From positions 124,001 through 188,000 of the forward strand of contig NW_024056011.1 of assembly GCF_902713615.1 (NCBI RefSeq): a DNA stretch of 64,000 nucleotides, in the 5' to 3' direction. The number at the start of each line of letters is the position of its first letter. The first letter of the stretch is position 1. Made by a program: the position numbers and the translations under genes. Source of the stretch: Scyliorhinus canicula. Its lineage: Eukaryota. Shown here one piece after another: positions 56,775 to 64,000 of this stretch. Under the pieces are notes generated by a model. That model was not told the origin of the DNA, ran no database searches, and was given only the letters and a program-made list of their open reading frames with translations.

Positions 56775-57295
56775 CCACATTTTAGGAAGGATGTGATTAC
56801 AAGGAGGGGGTACAGAGCCGATTCACCAGAATGTTATCTGTGTGGAACATTTAAGTTATGAAGAAAGGTTTACTAGACTTGGAATGGTTTCGATGGAGCA
56901 GAGAAGACTGAGGGACGACCTGATCGAGGTGCACAAGATTATGAGGGCCATGGACAGGGTGGATACGGAGCAGCTGTTCCCATCAGTTGAAGGGTCACTT
57001 ACGAGGGGACACACGTTCAAGGTGAGGGACAGGACGTTAAGGGGGATTTGAGGAAAATCATTTTCACCCAGAAGGTGGCATCAGTCTGGAATGGACTACC
57101 TGGGAGGTTGGTAGAGGCGGATTGCCTCACATCCTTTAAAAAGTACCTAGATGAGCACTTGGTACGTCATAGCATTCAAACCTACGGGCCAAGTGCTGGA
57201 AAATGGGATTCGGTAGGGAGGTCAGATTTCTTTTATGCGTTGGCACAGACTCTATGGGCTGAAGGGCCTCGTCTGCACTGTATTATGCCGTGAGT
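56775..57295 (+). mobile_element. CR1 3' fragment with tail
   Basis: LSYEERFTRLG..RRLRDDLIEV.KIM..FTQKV.SVWN.LP. Confidence 0.85.
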
Positions 57296-57414
57296 CTGTG
57301 ACGGATGGATTGGTGAATAGACAAATAGATTGTTTTATCCTGCTTTGTACTCAAGCATTTCATTGAATCATCCCTGTGTGTATGGTTACTTTAATTCTAC
57401 CCTTGTTTTCGCAG

Positions 57415-57740
57415 CTGTTCCTTGTTACTCGGGGCACTTGAGATATCGATGGGCCCGACCAACCGATGGGTAAGGACAGACCATTTCGATTCATCACAAT
57501 GCTACATGCCCAACAAAGGACTTTGTATCCTGGTCCCAGCAGTTATTTAATCAGGCTCCCGATCATCTGATCTTCACAGTCATGGATGGAAGAGTTGAAG
57601 GAATGTTTGAAGTAACTGTGGACCGCGAGAAAGGTTCCATCGCTCTAACTGTTAATACGGTTGAAGGGTCAGACACTGCGGTGCATTAGAATAACGTAAG
57701 ACACTGGGAATCAAAGACACGAGGAGCCTGTAGAATAATT
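57415..57740 (+). pseudogene. Decayed full-length V exon (57415-57701) with degenerate 23-RSS
   Basis: Acceptor TTTTCGCAG; *GQTISIHH..VSWSQQ..APD..FEVTVDREK..SDTAVH*NNVR; CACTGGG + 23 bp + AGAATAATT. Confidence 0.75.
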
Positions 57741-60032
57741 CACTCGACATGGGGACTGTGGGGGACAACCAGTCAATGGGCATTAGAAGTGAGTGTGATA
57801 CAACAAAATTGTTCTTAAAATGTTCTTCATCGAGAAAGTTATGGAATTAAAGAATCTAATTTGTTATTGATAATAATGCAATTTGCATGTTCGCCTTCAG
57901 TAGAAAAAATAAATAACTCTCCTTGAAGCTTTGGTTTATTGAACATTGATTGACATCTTACTGAATGTTCAGCAGCTTGTAAGCCTTCCAGTCTTTGTAA
58001 ATTGACAATCCAAATTTAGCAATTGTGGATTCAGCAAAATGCATTTATTTATGCAAATGAACATGTGCTGTGCAAATGTGGGAATAGCAAAACAATCAAA
58101 AAGGTCACCGATAATAACCCCAATTCAACCAAACCTATAATAATCTGACATAATGACAATCTAGCATTACAATCCAGCAGTATTCCGGAATAAATCGAGA
58201 ATTGCTGTTTCACAGACGGAATGCCAGTAGATGGCGCTCTAAGACATTGTTTTTGACGAAAACCTGTTTTGGCGTCAGTTCACCGCTGTTGCAGCTGACA
58301 GCTGAGAATTCGGGGCCAGAAGTTTGGCGCCGTTATTCTTGGTTGCAACGATGATGTATTTAGGGCAAGAGTCTCTCTCTCTAAATTCCGGATTCCATAG
58401 CACAGAATGAAGTCTTCTGGCGAAGTGATTCTGGTTCAGAATCTCTCAGTTAAAGTCCTATATCAGGCCATGATGGCTGTAGAAGGCACATCCCAAACGT
58501 GATCAAACAGGTTGATTATCCGCTTGCAAATACTTCCAACAAACCTGCTGGCAGGCGATATGTGCAGGAGAGATTCGTGGTCAGCCATATTGCAGAATGC
58601 AACGGCAAACTACCGCAGCACTTTGTCAAGCTTAATCATGCCAGATCCAATGAAAGATTCTGATCCCCAACACCCTTCAAGAGTGATAAAGCAAAGTATT
58701 GTAATATCACTGAGTAGTCCGAATAACAGGTTTAGCACAATGTTTCCAATCGATATCATTCCTCACTGTTTCAAAGAGAGAAAAGGTTTTCATCTCTATT
58801 TCGCTCCCGAAAGTTCTCGTTAGTCTTTGCTACAAGGTCAAATTAAACGGAAGATAGCCGGACTCACAAATACATTTCTCCACGGTAAGTTTATCGTTTC
58901 CGGCCGAGAATTAAACATTCCCACTGCCGTCTGTGTCAATAATATTTATAATATTTCCAACATCACAATAGCGACTTCATTGGAAACTTACTCCCTGAGG
59001 TTACCAAGTGCTTTCGGGCACCCGGGGTCAGTAAAACACCCTGCATCAACTTTTCTCTTAGCGACCGATATTGGATTCCTGGGGTTAGGTCTATTGTCCG
59101 CCCATTGTTTTTTTTAAAAAAATTCCTTCTTTATTTCAAAATGTTTCTTACCCGGCTTCGGTTGATAAGTGATCACCAACTCTTGTGATTTCACGGATTT
59201 TCTCTTCAGTGTGCTCATCACTTTCCGCTCCATAGGACACCGGCAATGTGTCTGGAACAAGCATTCGGGCAGTTTTTTTCGGTGACCCTGACGGAAATTG
59301 ACCTTCTATTAAGGGCGAGCCAATGGCTGAGAGACTGATGCCGCATCTGTCAGTCAGCGCCCTGATCAACTGCATAAACACATATCGAGCTGCACGTCCT
59401 TTCATACTGTATTTTAATTAACTGAAATGTACAGATACCTAATAATTAACAGCTCTGAAAATGTTATTTAACAGACGAATATCAACCCATTACATCCGAA
59501 TTTAGAGTTTGGGCGTTCCAGCTCCTTTCGAGAGTCATGACCCTCAGGATCAATGGTGATACCCCAGTGCAGTCCTCGGGGAATGGTGAACTGTCAGGGA
59601 GCCGGGCTTTCAGCTGAGATGTGAATTCGATTATATTGTCCTCTCTGTCAGGTAGGCGGGACAATCCTGGAGAATCGCTATCCACCAATCACCGTCACTG
59701 AAACGACAGATATCACTGTTTGAAGGATCATGCGGGGAGTCAATGGGCTGCTTTGTTTTCTTCATTGCATTAGAACACTGTCTATGAAACAACTGGGAAC
59801 ATCACAAATGTCCTTTATTAAGACTGTATTTTATTTCACTAAGCTGTCCACTTGAGTAGATATGATGTTATTTGTAAATATATTTATATATATAAAATAT
59901 TATATATATATTTATACAAATATATATACATATATAGAAATTACCAGGTAACGGAAATTTAAGATTCAGTTCAGACTCGCCACTGATCAAAGTGTTTCCC
60001 TAACGCACAGTTATGTTGATCGCCGCTCTGAC

Positions 60033-60071
60033 AGTTTTTGTACAGGTTCAGCCCAGCTTTGTGTGTCTGTG
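60033..60071 (-). other. 23-RSS (heptamer CACAGAC)
   Basis: CACAGAC + 23 bp + ACAAAAACT. Confidence 0.9.
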
Positions 60072-60904
60072 GGTCTCAGTGCGCAGAAATACACCGCGGA
60101 GTCTGTCAGTTCCGTTTTCGACACGTTCAGGGGGACGGTGCTCTTCACATGATCAAACTCCGCTGAAAAACGGTCACCCAAAAATGTATCTGCGTTCTCG
60201 CTGTATCTGTTTCTCTGCAGTAGAAACTCAATGGATCCGCTGGGATTCTGACGGTACCAGAATAGGTCAGGGTTGTTGCTTGTAGATGTGTAATTACAGA
60301 GGAACTGAACATCACCTCCTTCACTCACAGTGACTGAAGCCGGTGTCTGTGTAACAGAGTCTCCTCGACAATGTCCTGTGAGAGCCCAGAGATATAGTAA
60401 ATTACGCAATGTTCACGTCACTCTATCACCCAGAAATTGCCTGTCACCCCCAGTAGTTAAATGAGAAATTAATCAGGACATTTAAACAGAAATACATTTC
60501 CCACCGCCGAGCGACTGTAACAGGAAGGTGGTTGAATCGATTCAGTAAAACATATTTTGCTTAACATCTTGGATCTTCCAATGAGATCAGTTTGTCCCTT
60601 TTCCTATATTCTGAATGAAAAACTGAAAATAGTCGATGTGTTTAGAAGATTCGTGTTTGTTAACGTCCCTCACTCACCCTAGTGTGTTCTGGATTCCCAA
60701 TTTAAATCTACCGCGTTCATTCCCTCGAGGAAGTTGATCTACCTCCGTGTTTGGAGAAGGTGAACATTGGATTCCTCCCAGCGCCCCCACCGCGTTGAGT
60801 AAACAATGCGATTAAATGCAGTGCCTGCCAAAGGTGTAAAATTCAGAACTTGTGACCCTACCGGTTAAAAGAGCTGCCGCTGTGAGGAATAAACACAAAT
60901 GCAT
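60072..60904 (-). CDS. TCR alpha/delta-type V gene segment (leader 60904-60862 + V exon 60375-60072), apparently functional
   Basis: 43-nt leader MHLCLFLTAAALLT ends G|GTAGG. V exon GHCRGDSVTQ..FLCNY..LFWYRQ..TDSAVYFCALR. Confidence 0.94.
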
Positions 60905-61269
60905 GTTTGCAGAGAGCTCGCGGCGGATTTGAGAGAACTGGTTGAAGCTAATATGTTTTAGTCAATATTTGTATCTGCCGATTGGTTCGTTGCTGAGAGC
61001 ATCATCGGGTGGCATCCAATCACTTAAATCCGCTCTATTGTTTCATCCAACCAATGAGCTCACAGCTCATTTGACCGCGAAAACAGTGGAACAAAGTGAA
61101 TTTGTTATCCTCAACTCAGGGACAGCGATCAGAGCCAATATTAGTTCAATCTGTAATGCAGGGACAGGTGAACAATTTATGTTTTATAGTAATAATAAAA
61201 ATCGCTTATTGTCACAAGGATGAAGGAGCAGTGCTCCGAAAGGACCTGGTGTTGTAAGACTTTTTACTG

Positions 61270-61548
61270 CACAAGGCTAAATAGCTGGCTTTTAAAGCAG
61301 ACCATGGCAGGCCAGAGCCGGGTTCAGTTCCTGTACCAGCCTCCCCGAACAGGCGCCGGAATGGGGTGCCCAGGGGCTTTTCACAATAACTTCATTTGAA
61401 GCCTATTTGTGACAATAAGCGATTTTCATTTCATTTCAAGTATGAAGTTACTGTGGAAAGCCCCTCGTCGCCACATTCCGGTGCCTGTACGGGTAAGCTT
61501 CGTTCTGCATCACAAACCAGCTGTCGATCTCACTGAGCTAAACCCGCC
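61270..61548. mobile_element. Two second-family SINEs, tail to tail
   Basis: Plus copy 61270-61435 and minus copy 61437-61548. Confidence 0.75.
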
Positions 61549-61827
61549 CTTTAATAGTATGAGTATTAGTTCTGGAGACCACAATGAAGGACGCTCTGGC
61601 AATGAGACGAAAGCCGACACAGGTGGCTAGTAGGTGCTGATGGATTGGCAGAAAATAGACGAACGCCACATGTTATTTCTATTTAATGTTTGCGGGTGGG
61701 GGTGGTTCTTTGATGTATTTGAACAGAATAGGGCGTGGACAACACAGGGCTCAGTGAATTTGAGGTGAGTTTATTAGTGCAAATATTTTGCAACATCTTT
61801 AATTTTAACAATAACGTATTTCCACAA

Positions 61828-62126
61828 TAGAATCACATCGAACTCCTGCAGTGGAGAAGGAGGCAATTCGGAAAAACGAGTCTGCGCCGACCCTCCGAAA
61901 GAGCGCCCAACGTATCCCCGATTACCCCTCCTAACCTTTTGGACACTAAGGCACAATTTAGCATGGCCAATCCTGACTTGCACATCTTTAGACTGTTGGA
62001 GGAAACCGGAGCACCCGGATGAAACTCACGGGGCGAAAGTGAAAACTCCACACAGCTAGTCACCCTAGTCTGGAATCGAACGCGGGTCCCTGGCGCTGTG
62101 AGGCAGCAGTGCTAACCACTGTGCCA
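61828..62126 (-). mobile_element. tRNA-derived SINE
   Basis: Core and head match the other copies. Confidence 0.8.
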
Positions 62127-63215
62127 CACTGTGTTATCGTAGTAACTTATTAGTTATCCAACTAAATCACATTCTTCTATTGAAAATTGAAGTACTTAAA
62201 ACTTTGAGTAAATTTACCTGTCAATTCTCCTTCAACACCTTGTTACGATCCTGCGATCTCTCCGATCGAGAAGGTTAAGTACAGTAGATACATGGGAACA
62301 CCAGAATCTGCAAGTTTCACTTCGTCACGCACCATTCTGACTTTGAAATATATCACAGTTTCTTTACATCTAAATTCAGGAATCCAGTTTACCAATTTTT
62401 TCTTTACGACATCGTGCAGAGGACAGAAAATTGCAATTGTAAATGAAAGAACGTGAAACATCACAAAAGCGAAATACACATGCCCGAGAATGACATAAAG
62501 AAAGAGGTTCTGAAATAACCCAGAATGCATTTTCCTTTCGTCTCACTGATATTTGATCCTATTTATGTAATTGAATTGTTTGAAACAGAGCTCTCAATAA
62601 AATGCCGCTGGAAACTGCGCATTACCGAACTTACAATTTGTCGATGATGCAGACATTATACAATTCACTGGATCACCGTTAGAGGGCGCAGTTGTCACAT
62701 GTTTCTCGCTGTTCCAATTGGAAATGATTGAGACAATCATTATCGGACCATTGCTCTTAGCAGTGACGGGGGTGGGGGTCGGCACTGACGTCATTGTATA
62801 TTTTTCACATTGGTATCAGACTGAATGTCAATCAGTAGATATCCTTTCCGTTTATGTCTCACAATGAAACCAGAGTGACCAGAGATCCATTTGGACGGCG
62901 CAGTAAATACAAAATGGATGAGAGAGGAAATAAAATGGAAAAAAATGTACAAAAATATTCAGTGATTCTTGTGACAATATATATATTGTAAAGTAGATGA
63001 AGGGCTAACAATTTAATGTGAATGCATCCAACCACCAGATGGTGATCAAGAGCATCCACGTGAATCACGTGATACAATTGGTTCTGCAAGTAGGTGATTA
63101 GGCGGGACAGAGCGTAGTCTTGTTTTCAGAAGCTCTGTAGGTGGAATCGTAGTTTTAGTTTATCTGTAGTATTTATATCTTAGTAATCAATTCGAATCTA
63201 TTTCGTTAATAAATC

Positions 63216-63529
63216 GGGCAGCACGGTAGCACAAGTGGATAGTACTGTGGCGTCACAGTGCCAGGGTCCCAGGTTCGGTTCCCCGCTGGGTCACTGCCTG
63301 TGCGGAGTCTGCACGTTCTCCCCGTGTCTGCGTGGGTTTCCTCCGGGTGCTCCGGTTTCCTCCCAAAGACATGCACGTTAGGTGGATTGGCCGCGCTAAA
63401 TTGCCCTTAGTGTCCAAAAAGGTTAGGAGGGGTTATTGGGTTAGGGGGATAGGGTGGAAATGAGAGCTTAAGTGGGTCGGTGCAGACTCGATGAGCCAAA
63501 CGGTCTCCTTCTGCACTGTATGTTCTATG
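63216..63529 (+). mobile_element. Full-length tRNA-derived SINE
   Basis: GGGCAGCACGGTAGC..GTATGTTCTATG. Confidence 0.9.
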
Positions 63530-63744
63530 GTCTAAATTAGCTTTGTTCAAAACATAACTTGATGCTCTTTGCGAGGCACTACACTTCGAAACCATCCTTC
63601 GAAGCCACAAAGCAAAGAACATCATAATTATGAGACACTGAATGAAGGACAAACAATTACATTTTATGATCTTGGCCGTCGATGATCATTGGAGTCTGAA
63701 TTACGACATAGATAAACCTTTCTGACCATTCACTCAGAGTAATT

Positions 63745-63926
63745 GAAAATGAAAAATGAAAATGAAAATCGCTTATTGTCACGAGTGGGCTTCAATGAAG
63801 TTACTGTGAAAAGCCCCTAGTCGCCACATTCCGGCGCCTGTCCGGGGAGGCTAGTACGGGAATCGAACCGTGCTGCTGGCCTGCTTGATAAGCCAGCAAT
63901 TTAGCTTAGAGAGCTAAACCAGCCCC
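63745..63926 (-). mobile_element. Second-family SINE
   Basis: (TTTCA)n tail; head GGGGCTGGTTTAGC. Confidence 0.88.
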
Positions 63927-64000
63927 TTAATTATTTAAGACGTCATTTTTTTAAAACATACAGTCCCTGAATGGGACTTTGAATGATGTCTGGTGGCAAC

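Noticed and set aside
58240-59760. Coding-looking unique sequence (e.g. NGRTIDLTPG, KCICESGYLP)
   Set aside because: Stops occur in the frames I translated and no family could be recognised; it needs TBLASTX.
1-64000. D, J or C segments, NAR-TCR or IgH-like V segments
   Set aside because: No FGxG J motif preceded by a 12-RSS and no C-domain exon were found. All intact V genes have leaders and TRAV/TRDV-like sequence.

Overview
Repeat-rich vertebrate DNA, inferred to be a cartilaginous fish (shark; the SINE/LINE complement looks catshark-like). The window is part of a T-cell receptor alpha/delta-type V-segment array. Five V genes have an intact leader exon, V exon and RSS (at about 1.5-2.6, 8.1-8.6, 27.5-28.1, 30.9-31.4 and 60.1-60.9 kb), and at least six more are pseudogenes or fragments. 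V segments lie on both strands. No D, J or C segments were found. Embedded among the V genes are: (i) an intact two-exon GPR139-like 7TM receptor gene; (ii) an ~18 kb rearranged array of 20 tRNA genes and pseudogenes (11 Val, 6 Arg, 3 Pro), in which all three tRNA-Pro copies carry an 18-nt insertion at the canonical 37/38 intron position; (iii) a fold-back inversion that fuses tRNA-array DNA to two V fragments whose RSSs face each other, one spacer shortened from 23 to 13 bp; (iv) Penelope-like element ends carrying minimal hammerhead-ribozyme motifs; and (v) CR1/L2/L1 LINE pieces, two tRNA-derived SINE families and a 25-bp minisatellite. All coordinates were counted by eye, and TE boundaries are approximate.
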